From: Octopus sinensis
Taxonomy: Eukaryota
Direction of reading: 5' to 3'
DNA length: 64,000 nucleotides
Assembly: GCF_006345805.1 (NCBI RefSeq)
Contig: NC_043002.1
Location: forward strand, 113,088,001-113,152,000
The notes below the pieces were generated by a model. The model was not told the DNA's origin and ran no database searches. It saw only the letters and a program-made list of their open reading frames with translations. Below are positions 1 through 12,724 of the stretch, one piece after another (the first letter of the stretch is position 1; every line of letters starts with the position of its first letter). The translations under genes and the position numbers were made by a program.

Positions 1-362
1 AAAAGAAAACTATCCAGGTCAAATAGATTGGTTGCAGGACCCCTGGACTGATGGTACGTAAAAAGCACTATCCGACTCATGGCCGATGCCAGCGCCGCCT
101 CGACTGGCTTCCGTGCCGGTGGCACGTAAATTGCACCAATCCGACCGTGGCCGTTGCCAGCCTCGCCTGGCACCTGTGCGGGTGGCACGTAAAAAGCACC
201 CACTACACTCACGGAGTGGTTGGCGTTAGGAAGGGCATCCAGCTGTAGAAACATTGCCAGATAAGACTGGAGCCTGGTGCAGCCTTCTGGCTTCCCAGAT
301 CCCCGGTCGAACCGTCCAACCCATGCTAGCATGGAGAACGGACGTTAAACGATGATGATCAT
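1..362 (+). mobile_element. RTE-LINE 3' UTR copy (tandem ~60-bp units + stem-loop + (GAT)n tail)
   Basis: Same sequence as the 3' end of the RTE copy at 11670-12044: ...ggttggcgttaggaagggcatcc...cggacgttaaacgatgatgat. Confidence 0.8.
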
Positions 363-1033
363 CATCATCACACACTCACACACACACACACATATCACCA
401 ACATCATCATTTAACATCCATTTTCCATGCTGGCATAGATTGGGTGCTTTGACAGGAGCTGGTAAAGCAGGGATATGCACTGGGACCAATTGTTTGTTCT
501 GGCATGGTTTCTTTGGTTGGAATACCCTTCCTAACACCAACCACTCCACAGAGTGTACTGGGTGCTTGTTATGCAGCACCAGCACCAGTGCTTTTAATGT
601 TGCACCAGCATGAGTGGTTTTCATGTGGCACCAGCACTGGTATCAATTCTGTTGTGGCAGACAAGTCTCCTTGAGTACAGTATGGCCCTAGATATCTTAG
701 TCCTTTTTTACATACACACAGTCACTTTTAGCCTATCGAAATCCAGATATTTTTCTTTACATAATTCTTAATATCCTTAATTTAGTATCTTAATTTAGTA
801 TTCTTTAATGAAGTAACATCAATCAGTAAGTTTCACACACAGGTGGTTCAGGTAATACACATAAATTATTAAACTTAATTTTTTTCTTTCCTTCTACTCA
901 AAATATCAAGTTTTTGTGTATATAAAAGGCAATCTAGCAAAATATACATACATGTACATATGAATTTCAAAGCAGTATAGCTAGAGATATAATATTGTTC
1001 TTTGCTTTTAAATATAATTCACAAATACATTAC

Positions 1034-1197
1034 CTGCATATCCTTTGTGACAATAACAGACCACAGATTGTTTCTGAAGATCAAAAGAGCAACTATCAGC
1101 ACGCTGGTTGCTGTCTTGAGGACCATTTGGACAATAACATGGTTGGCAAGCAATACGGCCGGTTACACGAGGATCTTGATAGTAGCCATCGCGACAT
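1034..1197 (-). CDS. LAMB1: Laminin beta chain exon (LE8/LE9), phase 2->1; gene continues beyond left window edge
   Basis: RCRDGYYQDPRVTGRIACQPCYCPNGPQDSNQRADSCSFDLQKQSVVCYCHKGYA; gtctccag / gtaatg; 164 nt. Confidence 0.96.
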
Positions 1198-1362
1198 CTG
1201 GAGACAGGATATCAAAGTGAAATATTACCATAAACAACAACAAAAATACCTGAACAACTTCAGAAGTGCTTTTTATTATTATTATTATTATTATTTGTAA
1301 TATCTCTATGAACAATCAAAATATTTAAATCATCACACACATGAAAATGACAGACAATAGTT

Positions 1363-1535
1363 GCAAGCAGGGCTGTTTGGTAAGAACCTTACTTCCCAAC
1401 CATATGGTTCTGGGTTCAGCCCTACTGTGTGGTACCTTGGGCAAGTGTCTTCTGTTATAGCCTTAGGCTGACCAAAGCTTTGTGAGTGGATTTGGTAGAC
1501 GGAAACTGAAAGAAACCTGTCAGATAGGTATACAT
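1363..1535 (+). mobile_element. Degenerate head of the ~410-bp tRNA-derived SINE
   Basis: Diverged A/B boxes followed by gtaccttgggcaagtgtctt...gtagacggaaactgaaagaa as in the full copies. Confidence 0.7.
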
Positions 1536-1536
1536 A

Positions 1537-1770
1537 TATTTCTTTACTACCCACAAGGGGCTAAACATAGAGGGGACAAACAAGGACAGTCAAAGGGATT
1601 AAGTCGATTACATCGACCCCAGTGCGTACCTAGTACTTAATTTATCGACCCCAAAAGGATGAAAAGCAAAGTCGACCTCAGCGGAATTTGAACCCAGAAC
1701 ACGTGACAGCAGACGAAATACGGCTACACATTTCACCCGACGTGCTAACGATTCTGCCAGCTCGCCGCCT
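1537..1770 (-). mobile_element. tRNA-derived CORE-type SINE (octopus OR2-like, tentative)
   Basis: Minus strand aggcggcgagctggcagaatcgttag... B box gggttcaaattcc, CORE-like tcatccttttggggtcgataaattaagtac; other copies at 16540 and 32987. Confidence 0.8.
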
Positions 1771-2163
1771 TTTTCATATAGGTATACAAATCTATGTGTG
1801 TTTGCCTTTGTGTTTCTCACCCACCACCACTTGACAACCAGTGTTGGTGTGTTTACATCCTACAGCTTAGCAGTTTGGCAAAAGTGTCTAATAAAATAAG
1901 TACCAGGTTTATAAAGAATGAAATAAGTACTGGGGTTGACTCATTCAAATAAAAATTCTTCAAAGCGGTGAACCAGCACCACTGCAGTCTAATGACTGAA
2001 CCAAGTAAAAGGCAAAAGATTTTTCTTTTTATTTAGTTTGTGTGGTCTTCTGCTTAAAGAGTTCATGTAGGAATTATTCCACAGCATAAGGTAGGTACCA
2101 CATATGGAATTCAAGGTGAAGGAGTGTACAAGCTCATCCAGCTAACCTTCCAATAAAGTCATA

Positions 2164-2580
2164 TACTCTTTACTTTCTTTTACTTGTTTCAGTCATTTGA
2201 CTGCGGCCATGCTGGAGCACCGCCTTTAATCGAGCAACTTGACCCCGGGACTTATTCTTTGTAAGCCCAGAACTTATTCTATCGGTCTCTTTTGCCGAAC
2301 CGCTAAGTGACGGGGACATAAACACACCAGCTTCGGTTGCCAAGCAATGCTAGGGGGACAAACACAGACACACAAACATATACACACACACTTATATATA
2401 TATACATACATATATACGACAGGCTTCTTTCAGTTTCCGTCTACCAAATCCACTCACAAGGCATTGGTCGGCCCAGGGCTATAGCAGAAGACACTTGCCC
2501 AAGATGCCACGCAGTGGGACTGAACCCGGAACCATGTGGCTGGTTAGCAAGCTACTTACCACACAGCCACTCCTGCGCCT
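2164..2580 (-). mobile_element. ~410-bp tRNA-derived SINE with internal (TA/TG)n (octopus OK-like, tentative)
   Basis: Head aggcgcaggagtggctgtgtgg (A box), ggttcagtcc (B box), internal microsatellite, tail agtaaaagagta; at least 6 similar copies in the window. Confidence 0.85.
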
Positions 2581-2711
2581 GATTGTTTATGTTTTTGAAA
2601 CGTTGTAGGATAGGTGTGAACTGATTCAAACAAAATAGGGAGCCTAAAACAGGTTAAGACAAATGAAGGTTGCTGCACCTGTTCAGCAAACTTCATGAGT
2701 TTTAACCTTAA

Positions 2712-2931
2712 CCCTTTTGTTACTAACCTGGCCAAAACCAGCTCTGGCTCTGTGGTAAAATGTCTTGTTTTCCTAAGTTTTGAATTAAAATATTCCACCA
2801 AACCTTAGTCACAATTTATGTTCCTAACACTAGTTTAATGATAACTAAGTTATTTAACTAAATTCTTTGTTATATTTAAAATAATTGAAAGAAACGCAGA
2901 GCATCTCAAAATAAATACAGTAACAAAAGGG
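2712..2931. mobile_element. piggyBac-like MITE (TTAA TSD, CCCTTT termini)
   Basis: ttaa|cccttttgttac ... gtaacaaaaggg|ttaa; 220 bp; sister copies at 3839-4059 and 19480-19701. Confidence 0.8.
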
Positions 2932-3255
2932 TTAAACAATGTCAACAAAAATGCCATGTATGTGTACACATGTAGTAGATTGTGGTGTATACATTACAGT
3001 CAAAAATATAATTGAAATTGAAAATAACTAAAATAATTTTCAGATAATCAGTGAGGATGTAGTAATGTGACTGAGACAGGCATCTGCTGATCGGCTAATG
3101 AGGATCAATAAATGGGAACATATTGATCTTGTACAAAATGATTTAAGTACAAATCTTAACACTGTTACAAGGAGAACATTCTACTCACAACGGTTTGCCA
3201 TACTAACAAATACATTCCATAACTATTTGTTATGCAAGAGTGGTTAGTATTAATA

Positions 3256-3641
3256 GGAGGCGCAATGGCCCAGTGGTTAAGGCAGCGGACTCGCGGTCGT
3301 AGGATCGCGGTTTCGATTCCCAGACCGGGCGTTGTGAGTGTTTATTGAGCGAAAACACCTAAAGCTCCACGAGGCTCCGGCAGGGGATGGTGGTGATCCC
3401 TGCTGTACTCTTTCACAACAACTTTCTCACACTCTTACTTCCTGTTTCTGTTGTACCTGTATTTCAAAGGGCCGGCCTTGTCACTCTCTGTGTCACGCTG
3501 AATATCCCCGAGAACTACGTTAAGGGTACACGTGTCTGTGGAGTGCTCAGCCACTTACACGTTAATTTCACGAGCAGGCTGTTCCGTTGATTCGGATCAA
3601 CCGGAACCCTCGTCGTCGTGACCGACGGAGTGCTTCCATCC
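3256..3641 (+). mobile_element. tRNA-derived SINE (OR1/Ceph-SINE-like, tentative) with 10-bp TSD
   Basis: A box tggcccagtggt, B box ggtttcgattcc; TSD agtattaata at 3246-3255 and 3642-3651; degenerate relatives at ~27050-27360 (+) and ~63765-63990 (-). Confidence 0.85.
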
Positions 3642-3838
3642 AGTATTAATAATTAGTTTGAATCCATACTACATCTCATTACTTGGTGGGGGGATGGGAT
3701 GCACACAAGCATGCATATATAACTGGAGTGGCTATTAATTTCAGATTAGATATTTTACATTACTGGCTGAGCCCCACATCAAAGTAGAAAAGTTGATTAG
3801 ATACTAGTGTCATTATACAAATAAATATCGATGCTTAA

Positions 3839-4059
3839 CCCTTTCATTACCAACCTGGCCAAAACCGGCTCTGGCTCTTTAGTACAAATGTCTTGTTTTC
3901 ATAAGATTTGCATTAAAATATACCACCAAACCTTAGTCACAATTTATGTTCATAATACTTGCTGAATGATAACTAAGTTATTTTACTAAATTCTTTGTTA
4001 TATTTAAAATAATTGAAAGTAACACAAAGCATCTCAAAATAAATCCAGTAACGAAAGGG
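3839..4059. mobile_element. piggyBac-like MITE
   Basis: ttaa|ccctttcattac ... gtaacgaaaggg|ttaa; homologous to 2712-2931. Confidence 0.8.
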
Positions 4060-4803
4060 TTAAAAGAGTTTTCAACAGTGAAATTGCCTTCTCCAAGAAT
4101 ATATGCAAATATCAAAACCTGTACATCTAAGCTCTATTCATTGCATTTGTCTCGACAGAAAATTGACTTTTTTTTTAAATATCCAACTATCAAAACAATA
4201 TGATGCAAATAACCAGATTTATGAAGGTAGAACTGCCCCCATCCCTTATATTTCTCTTCTTAATTGCCCATTAGCTTTGATTCTTGACAGGAAGTGGATA
4301 ATAGATGTACCTCAAGATAAGATGTCAGTCTGCTGTAGGTAACTCTCAGGTGATCTGACAGCTATTTTGAGAACAAGAGGAACTGAGAAAGTGTAAAATG
4401 CAATGCCATGCCAAGAAACTAGAAAATATCAATAAGAGAGCCTTGATGTAGTCAGTCATTCTGCTGGAAATAGCAGTGGAATCTACTTTAAATCACACAA
4501 CAATCTTGGAAAAAGCCCAATGGGTCAATGTCATCCAAGGTTTACTCTGCCTAGGAAAAAGACAAACTGAACTAGCCTTCATCATAAAGAATACTTGATC
4601 AAAGTTGATGTGAAGCTGAAGAACAATACAAAAGAATACCTGTATTAGATATGAACTCCTAACCAACCAAAATTGAAACAAAAATCCCATCAGCTCTTTC
4701 TACTGTTTCCAATTTGGTTGGAAAGTAAAAAAAAAAATATATATATATATAAATGTTTGATTTTAAGATTTCCATTTCAACTCAGAACTTTAAGTTGACC
4801 TAC

Positions 4804-5035
4804 CTCTCACAATATTGTCCAGTGGTAAACTCTCGGCAATTAATGCAGTGGCCGTCATCATTATTACAAGTCTCTGCCATACCATTACATTGACATTTTC
4901 GACAGTTGGGGAAGTTCCAGTGACCTTCGATGCATCTGTCACAAGTGCGGCCTTCGACATTTGGTGCACATAAACAATGACCTGACTGAGGGTTGCAAAA
5001 GTTGTTCCTTGACCCTTGAGGATCACAGTTACAGG
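4804..5035 (-). CDS. LAMB1: Laminin beta chain exon (LE7/LE8), phase 1->2
   Basis: PCNCDPQGSRNNFCNPQSGHCLCAPNVEGRTCDRCIEGHWNFPNCRKCQCNGMAETCNNDDGHCINCREFTTGQYCE; tttttcag / gtaggt; 232 nt. Confidence 0.97.
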
Positions 5036-5079
5036 CTGAAAAAAGTGGACATTAAGCGGTCATTTAATTTTATACAAAA

Positions 5080-5473
5080 CTAGCAGTATCGCCCGGCGTT
5101 GCTTGGGTTTGTAAGGGAAATAACTATATAAGCATTTTTAGAGATGTAAAGTATAATAGCCATCTCAATATGGTTAACCACAAAGGGGGGGGTGTTACTG
5201 TAGCTTTTTACGTTCTGAAATTTAATAAATTTTTAGAGAGTTACTTCCCTTATATATGCCAAAAATGCATTCAAAATGGGAAAAATTGATGGTAAATTAT
5301 TTTTTAAATCGTAGACTCATCGTAGACGCACGCTAATACCCAGAAGGGCTCGATATGAATCACGACTATAAGATACCCGGTTTTGGTTAAACTGCACCAC
5401 AAAATGTGGGAGTAGTTAGGAATCTAAACCGTAGGAGACAGACAGCACACAACCTCACTTTTATATATAAAGA
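5080..5473 (-). mobile_element. Non-autonomous Helitron
   Basis: Minus strand A|TCtttatatataaaag ... subterminal hairpin cccaagcaacgccggg ... CTAG|T: canonical TC/CTAG ends in an AT target. Confidence 0.8.
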
Positions 5474-5827
5474 TTTCATTTCTTTGATATTATGTTGCGG
5501 ATAATAATTGGTTTGAAATCATAGCCCTCGTCATTGCGTGTGTGTGTCTGCATTTATGTGCATGTGCAGTTTGAAGTATCAGAAATGTTTTTTTCATAGT
5601 TTGAAAACAAAATATGATTCATGTGTACTACAGTATGAATGTAGCTGCTATAGTATCTTAACAAGCGGACAAATGTTAGATAGTTCTATAATAAAATGGG
5701 TCAAATTTCCAAAGATACAAAAAAAATTTAATTAAGAAATAAACACTGAAGTAAAATTCGAATGGTGTAAGGGAGGTAAGTGAGTGCGTATCATGGTGTG
5801 TACAAGGGAAATAATTTATAGACTTAC

Positions 5828-5971
5828 GTGAGCAGCCGTCGGGTCCGAAGTTGTAGGTTCCAGGGGCGCATTGGTCACACCTACGACCAACAACGTTTTC
5901 TTTACAGTGACAATGACCACCAAGGTCATCACATTCGGCAGTTTTCGATCCAGTTAGATCACAGTCACATT
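5828..5971 (-). CDS. LAMB1: Laminin beta chain exon (LE6), phase 1->1
   Basis: [48 protein letters not shown]; cttttag / gtaagt; 144 nt. Confidence 0.97.
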
Positions 5972-6189
5972 CTAAAAGAGAAAATGAGTTAAAACAGATT
6001 GAGTAAATGAAGTTATTCAAAACAATTTTGTCAGCCACAGTAAGCTTATTATATCACTAAAAACAAAAGGACAAACGATATTTTGACACCGCTTTTGAAG
6101 AAAGACAAAAGAAATCACATATTACGATAATGGAGTTTCGTTTCTATCATATGGAGAAGACTTCAGGGGAAATAAGAAGATTAATATCC

Positions 6190-6630
6190 ATCCATCCGCA
6201 CCATCTGAACGTGGCCGTTGCCAGCGCCGCCTCGACTGGCTTCTGTGCCGGTGGCACATAAAAAGCACCATCCGAATGCGGCCGATGCCAGCGCCGCCCC
6301 GACTGGCTTCTGTGCCAGTGGCACATAAAAAGCACCATCCGAACGTGGCCGATACCAGCGCCGCCTCGGCTGGTTTCCGTGCCGGTGGCACGTTAAAAGC
6401 ACCAACCGATTGTGGCCGATGCCAGACCCCCCCCCCTGGCACCTGTGCAGGTGGCACGTAAAAAGCACCCACTACACTCGCGGAGTGGTTGGCGTTAGGA
6501 AGGGCATCCAGCTGTAGAAACTCTGCCAGATCAGACTGGAGCCTGGTGCAGCCCCTGGCTTCCCAGACCCCGGTCGAACCGTCCAACCCGTGCTAGTGCG
6601 GAAAACGGACGTTAAACGATGATGATGATG
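6190..6630 (+). mobile_element. RTE-LINE 3' UTR copy with tandem ~60-bp units
   Basis: Repeated aaaagcaccatccgaa.gtggccgatgccagcgcc...gtgccggtggcac units, then ggcgttaggaagggcatcc and (GAT)n. Confidence 0.8.
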
Positions 6631-7021
6631 AATATTGCAAAAGCCCTAAAGGTTATAGGAGAGATGACAATTTTCTTCAACTTGATGGCATGAAACTGAC
6701 AAGAGGTGAGTGTATACAATGTAATCTCGATAACATAACTATATATACATTTTTCATTTTTATATATGTATAATACTATGTCTCAATTCTGACTTTGTGT
6801 TAAATTTCTTGCATTATATACAAACAATTATATTAATCTATCTCCCCTCCCATCACTGTGTATGTGTTTGTGGATGGTAAGATGCAAGTAACATTCTAGG
6901 ATGACCTGACTTTCTAATTTCACCGCCTTAGTATGGTATGCTAATGATTCTGCCAACTTGACAACTAACTTATCTAAATAAAATCATTTTGAAGTAAGAA
7001 TTAATTCAAAAGACCACGTAC

Positions 7022-7211
7022 TTATAGCCTGAAGATGTAAAACTGATGAAATACTGAAGAACAGTGATTTACAGATATCTGGAATTTCTGGTTGAACTGC
7101 AGGATATTGAGTTTCAGCACAGCGGTACCGAATATATTCATTCTTCAAATAAGAAGGTAGCCGAGGTCCTTGGAAAATGGGAATGCTCTTTGTGCTGGGA
7201 ATGAGCACCAC
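7022..7211 (-). CDS. LAMB1: Laminin beta chain exon (end of domain IV), phase 0->1
   Basis: VVLIPSTKSIPIFQGPRLPSYLKNEYIRYRCAETQYPAVQPEIPDICKSLFFSISSVLHLQAI; ctatctag / gtacgt; 190 nt. Confidence 0.95.
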
Positions 7212-7371
7212 CTAGATAGAAAATAAAAAGATAAAGTAAAAATGATTTCTTTATCAAATACAGTGGCTTACAACTGGGCTCCTTATAAGATTTTGTTGTT
7301 AAAAATTACGTGCAATAAATTCTTTATACTTCTACAAAATATTTGAATTTTCTATACAATTCCTAGGATTA

Positions 7372-7773
7372 TCTTTATATATAAAAGTGAAGTTGTGTGT
7401 CTGTCTGTCTCCTACGATTTAGATTCCTAACTACTCCCACATTTTGCGGTGCAGTTTAACCAAAACCGGGTATCTTATAGTCGTGATTCATATCGAGCCC
7501 TTCTGGGTATTAGCGTGCATCTACGATGAGTCTACAATTTAAAAAAAAATTTACCATCATTTTTTCCATTTTAATGCATTTTTTCGCTATTATATAAGGG
7601 AAGTAACTCTCTAAAAATGTCTACGATGAGTCAACGATTTAAAAAAAAATTTACCATCATTTTTTTTTCCATTTTTAATGCACTTTTTTGCTATTTTTTG
7701 GCTATAACTCTCTAAAAATGCTTATATAGTTATTTCCCTTACAAACCCAAGCAATGCCAGGCGATACTGCTAG
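7372..7773 (+). mobile_element. Non-autonomous Helitron
   Basis: A|TCtttatatataaaag ... cccaagcaatgccagg..ctgCTAG|T; internal ~90-bp duplication; same subfamily as 21039-21437. Confidence 0.8.
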
Positions 7774-8324
7774 TTTAATTATAAATGAATAAGATTTTAA
7801 ATATGAAATAGTCACATGGGTACATCTGAGAGAAATTTTAATCAAAGGGGTCTAATAGACAAAGAAATGGTTGAGAACCACTGATCCAACATAAGCAATT
7901 GATATACAAATACAATAAGAAATATATATTTCATTATTTAATATTGTTTCTTCATTAACAGAAAAATATAAAATGACCTATGAACAAAGTAGAAGATCTG
8001 CATAAGCTGTTGGTGCAGGCTTCTACTCAAAACTAAATAATAAAAAAAGCTAGTAGAAATAGCCGCTAAATCCCCTGCATATTACATCCTACTGTCCTAA
8101 TGAAGGGTGGATGCGTTCAATAATATAGTTACTCCTTGATATAGAAAACATGATGATCATGACTGGCATACTTCTGAGTATCAATTTGCTTAATTAGGGT
8201 TGACCTGAGAGTAAACAACAACAACAATCATAAAGAAAAACGTTTGTTACAAGCAGAAGGGAGCAAAGGGACAATGTTGTTATTTAGGCCAAGATCAATA
8301 CTGAACAAGCAGACTCTCTTTACT

Positions 8325-8742
8325 CCTTTACTCTTTTACTTGTTTCAGTCATTTGACTGCGGCCATGCTGGAGCACCGCCTTTAGCCGAGCAAATCAACC
8401 CCGGGACTTATTCTTTTCTAAGCCCAGTACTTATTCTATCGGTCTCTTTTTGCCGAACCGCTAAGTAACGGGGACATAAACACACCAGCATCAGTTGTCA
8501 AGCAATGCTAGGGGAACAAACACAGACACACAAACACACATACATACATACATACATATATATATATATACATATATACGACAGGCTTCTTTCAGTTTCC
8601 GCATACCAAATCCACTCACAAGGCTTTGGTTGGCCCGGGGCTATAGCAGAAGACACTTGCCCAAAGTGCCACACAGTGGGACTGAACCCGGAACCATGTG
8701 GTTGGTAAGCAAGCTACTTACCACACAGCCACTCCTGTGCCT
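8325..8742 (-). mobile_element. ~410-bp tRNA-SINE copy
   Basis: Colinear with 2164-2580. Confidence 0.85.
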
Positions 8743-8848
8743 TTTTTTTGGGCGGGGGACATTAAAGTTAGGACATATAATCTATGACTCTCCAGCATTT
8801 GATAAGGACAACAACAAATAGATATATCTTAAAAGAAATAAGACATAA

Positions 8849-9576
8849 TCTCTCTATATATAAACGGCAGTTTGTGTGTCTGTGTGTCTGTCAGGTTGTA
8901 CCCTTACCCTGACCACGGCTTTCAACCGATTCTGATGAAACTTGACACACACATAGCCCAATGTCATAATTCAAAACTAACGCAGCGAAAATTTTGAAAA
9001 GTTCCCCCAGTTCTCAAAAAAATTGATAAATTTGACATGGGGTCGAGAATCTAAGCTTTTTATATGCAACATCAAAATGTATAAAAATGTACAAAAACGG
9101 CAAAAAAGTGGGCAGCAATTTGAGTGACAACAACGAAAAAGTCAAAAGTGACCAAACTGAACAAACGAATGGAAAAGGTTTTTTGGTGCACACGACAAAA
9201 GCGGTTTATAATAAACCAAGAGTTTGCAAGTAGCGTCCGAGGACCCTTAGGGCACGTCAAAAATTTAAGGTAAAACGTTTGGGGTGGTAGTTATAAAGAA
9301 AGTTTAAACAAAAAAGTATTCGAATAACTTGCGGCTGCAGCAGCTATTAGCAGAAGTGGCGGTGTTGGGGGTAAAGTCTCGAATGTAATTTCTTCCTGGT
9401 AGGAATTGGTTGGGTTGAATTATCGATAGCTGTTTGATAGTTATTTGGGAGTGAAGAGAAGACATTGCAACCTACACATGCGCCTTCGTTCCCTAGAGGG
9501 AAAGGACTAGATTGGGATTAGTCGTTGCCTACTAGGGGCTCTTACATACCCGGGCAACGCCGGGCTATGCTGCTAG
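8849..9576 (+). mobile_element. Non-autonomous Helitron (728 bp, different interior)
   Basis: A|TCtctctatatataaacgg ... cccgggcaacgccggg ctatgctgCTAG|T. Confidence 0.75.
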
Positions 9577-9924
9577 TAATAACTAAATGACTAAACTAAT
9601 GTATTGTATATCCTTTGGTTTTTGAATTTAAGAAAAGTCAGTCACGTGATCCGGATTTATCTCCCTTGCAAGCAATTTAAACAAAAGTGTATTTTGCACC
9701 AAAAACCAATATGAGAGTTTCTTCCATGGTATCTACTACAATATAATTTGTTCTAAGAGAACATCCACATCTAGGATGTAATTCTTATCTTTATGTTTTT
9801 AATTTTCATTTATGATGCTGAAATAAGTTGGATGGTTCTGAAAAGTTATACAGTTACATGTGGATTCATGGTAGTGTTCTTTTGGATGCCAACAACCATC
9901 CTGCTACTTTTTTATATAAAGATG

Positions 9925-12044
9925 AAGACAAGGAAAGCACCTGGCCCATCAGGAATCACTGCTGGGATGCTTAAAATATCGGGCGGTGTGAGTTATGGTC
10001 TTGTCACCCGCATCATAAATCAGGTAGCTCATGAAGGAGTCATACCCAATGACTAGTGTAGCAGGACCATAGTCAACTGCTACAAAGAGAAAGGTGATGC
10101 TTTAGATAGAACTAACTACAGGGGTACTAAATTATTGGATCAGGTGATGAAAGTTACAGAGGGTCATAGCCAAACTAATTAGGGAGAGAGTTAGTTTAGA
10201 TGAGATGCAGTTCAGTTCAGGCAGAAGCACCTCCGATGCTATATTTCTGGTAAGGCAGCTGCAGGAGAAATACCTAGTCAAAGATAAACCTTTGTATTGG
10301 CTTTTGTTAATTTGGAGAAAGCCCTTGACAGGGTTCCCCGATCCCTTATCTGGTGGTCAATGCAGAAACTGGGGATAGTGGCTGGTAAGAGCTGTACAAG
10401 CTCTGTACAGGAGCACTATCAGTAAGGTGAGGGTTGACATAGAGTATAGTGAAGAATCTCGAGTAGAAGTAGGGGTTCACCAAGGATCAGTCCTCAGCCC
10501 CCTCTTATTCATTCCAGGCAATAACAGAGGAATTCAAGACAGGTTGCCCCTGGGAGCTCCTCTATGCTTGATGACATTGCTCTAATAGCTGAGTCACTGC
10601 CAGAACTGGAGACAAATTTTAGGGTGTGGAAGCAATGTCTAGAATCGAAGGGTCTTAGGGTTAATCTAGCCAAAACCAAAGTCTTAGTAAGTAGGAAGGC
10701 TGTCAAATCACAACCCCCTTGCTCGATCTGTAGAAAAGATGTGGGTAGAAACTCCATACGGTGTAAGCTATGAACACGTAAAAGGTGCAGCAATATCAAA
10801 GGAAGGTTAACCGGGAAAATAGTTTTTGTGTGTGGAAGATGCACTGGGGCAATAAACATTGAAGATGTAAAGAAAACAGATTCCATCACATGCCAAGGAA
10901 GAAACTAGAAGTAGTTAATAGCTTCTGCTACCTAGGTGACCAAGTCTATAGTGGGGGTGGCTGCTCTGAGAGTGTAGCGACTAGAGTAAGAATAGCATGG
11001 GCAAAGTTCAGGGAGCTCCTACCTCTGCTGGCAACTAAGAGCCTCTTGCTCATGGTGAAAGGTAGACTGTATGATGCATGTGTGCAAACCGCCAGGCTAC
11101 ACGGCAGTGAAACATGGGCCATGAATACTGATGCGTAGGCTTGAAAGAAATGAAGCTAGTATAATCTGCTGGATGTGTAATGTAAGTGTGCATACATGAC
11201 AGAGTGTGAGTGGCCTGAGAGAAAAGTCAGGCATAAGAAGCATCAAATGTGGTGTGCAAGAGAGGCAACTGCACTGGTGTGGCCATGTGTTACATATGAA
11301 TGAAGACAGCTGTGTGAAGAAGTGCCACTCCCTAACTGTAGAAGGAACCTGTGGAAGAGGTAGACCCAGAAAGACATGGGATGAAGTGGTGAAGCATGAC
11401 CTTTGAACATTGGGCCTCACAGAGGCAATGACAGGAGACCAGGACCTTTGGAGATATGTTGTGATTGAGAAAACCCAGCAACTAAAGTGAGATCGCAGCC
11501 ACACACATCCAGCCCTGTTAAGAATACTCCTGATGCATCGGGCGATATGATATGCTTGAGAAGACCTGTTGAGTATTCATGGCCCATGTTCCACTGCCGT
11601 GTAGCCTGGCGGTTTGCACACATGCATCATACAGTCTACCTTTCACCGTGAGCAAGAGGCTCTTAGATGGCATGTAAAAAGCACCATCCAAAAGCACCTT
11701 ACTGGGTCTGGAGCTAGTGGCACATAAAAAGCACCAACTGATTGTGACTGATGCCAGTAACCCCTGACTAGCTCCTGTGCCATTGGCAAGTAAAAAGCAT
11801 CATCCAAACGTGATCGTTACCAGGCCCGCCTTACTGGCTCACCTTATTGGCCCGTGCCAATGGCACATAAAAAGCTCCTGCTACACACTTGAAGTGGTTG
11901 ACGTTAGAAAGGGCATTCAGCTGCAGAAAGTCTGCCAGACCAGACTGGAGCCTGGTGCAGCCGCTGGCTCTCCAGACCTCAGTCAAACCATCCAACCCAT
12001 GCCAGCATGGAAAACGAACGTAAATCAATGATGATGATGATGAT
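9925..12044 (+). mobile_element. 5'-truncated RTE-clade LINE (disrupted RT, PHD-like insert, 3' UTR)
   Basis: KAPGPSGIT.., NYRG..LLDQVMKV, FVNLEKA.DRVPR, QGSVLSPLLF, ELLY(A)DDIALIAE, RVNLAKTKV, LHGSETW, GRGRPRKTW; many frameshifts; (GAT)n tail. Confidence 0.92.
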
Positions 12045-12502
12045 AAACAGTGTGGCCATGGTATGACTGACCAGTAATGTGTCAGCCACTTACATTTCCC
12101 AGTATCCTAAGAGAGGCGATGGCTAATATAGCATTCTAATAGTATTCTGTTCATAAACACATTAAGAATGGTGCTTCAATACCTTAACATTTTTTAAAGA
12201 TAAAACTACGAAAGAGAAGAAAAAATATTTTGACAATATAATATTGTGTCTATTGTTCTCAATAAAATATGATTGCCTGCTTGTTGTTGTTGTCAATGTT
12301 ATTCTCTCCATAAATGGTAACCTCGAGTTACCCTATCAGTTCTAATAGAGCAAAATTTACAAAAGTTTTTACTTTATACAGGCACCTGACCAGCTGCAAA
12401 AAAATAGCAACCAAAAAGGAAGAGCACATCAGGCGATGTTATCCTTGAAAACCTCAAAAAACGAAGTTATAGCTGTAAAGTTTTGAACATAAATTTACTT
12501 AA

Positions 12503-12724
12503 CCCTTTAGCATTTAAACCGGCCAAATCCGGCCAAAAGTATTCAGCCTGTTTTATGTTCAAACTGACCAGATCTGGTCTCTCACACCAACCCTACAATA
12601 TTGTTTTAAAAATTTCACTGCTACCTCATCAAATTCTCATAGTTACAAGATAATGCATGATTAGTTCAAAACAGTATGGAGGAAAAAGCATTAATTTTAG
12701 CAGAATAATGTGAACACTAAAGGG
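12503..12724. mobile_element. piggyBac-like MITE, second family
   Basis: ttaa|ccctttagca ... cactaaaggg|ttaa; relatives at ~13460-13675, 14308-14528 and a split copy at ~22835-22990 + ~23835-23897. Confidence 0.75.

Noticed and set aside
3256-3330. tRNA gene
   Set aside because: A/B boxes are present but continue into a 386-bp SINE body with a TSD; it is a tRNA-derived SINE head.
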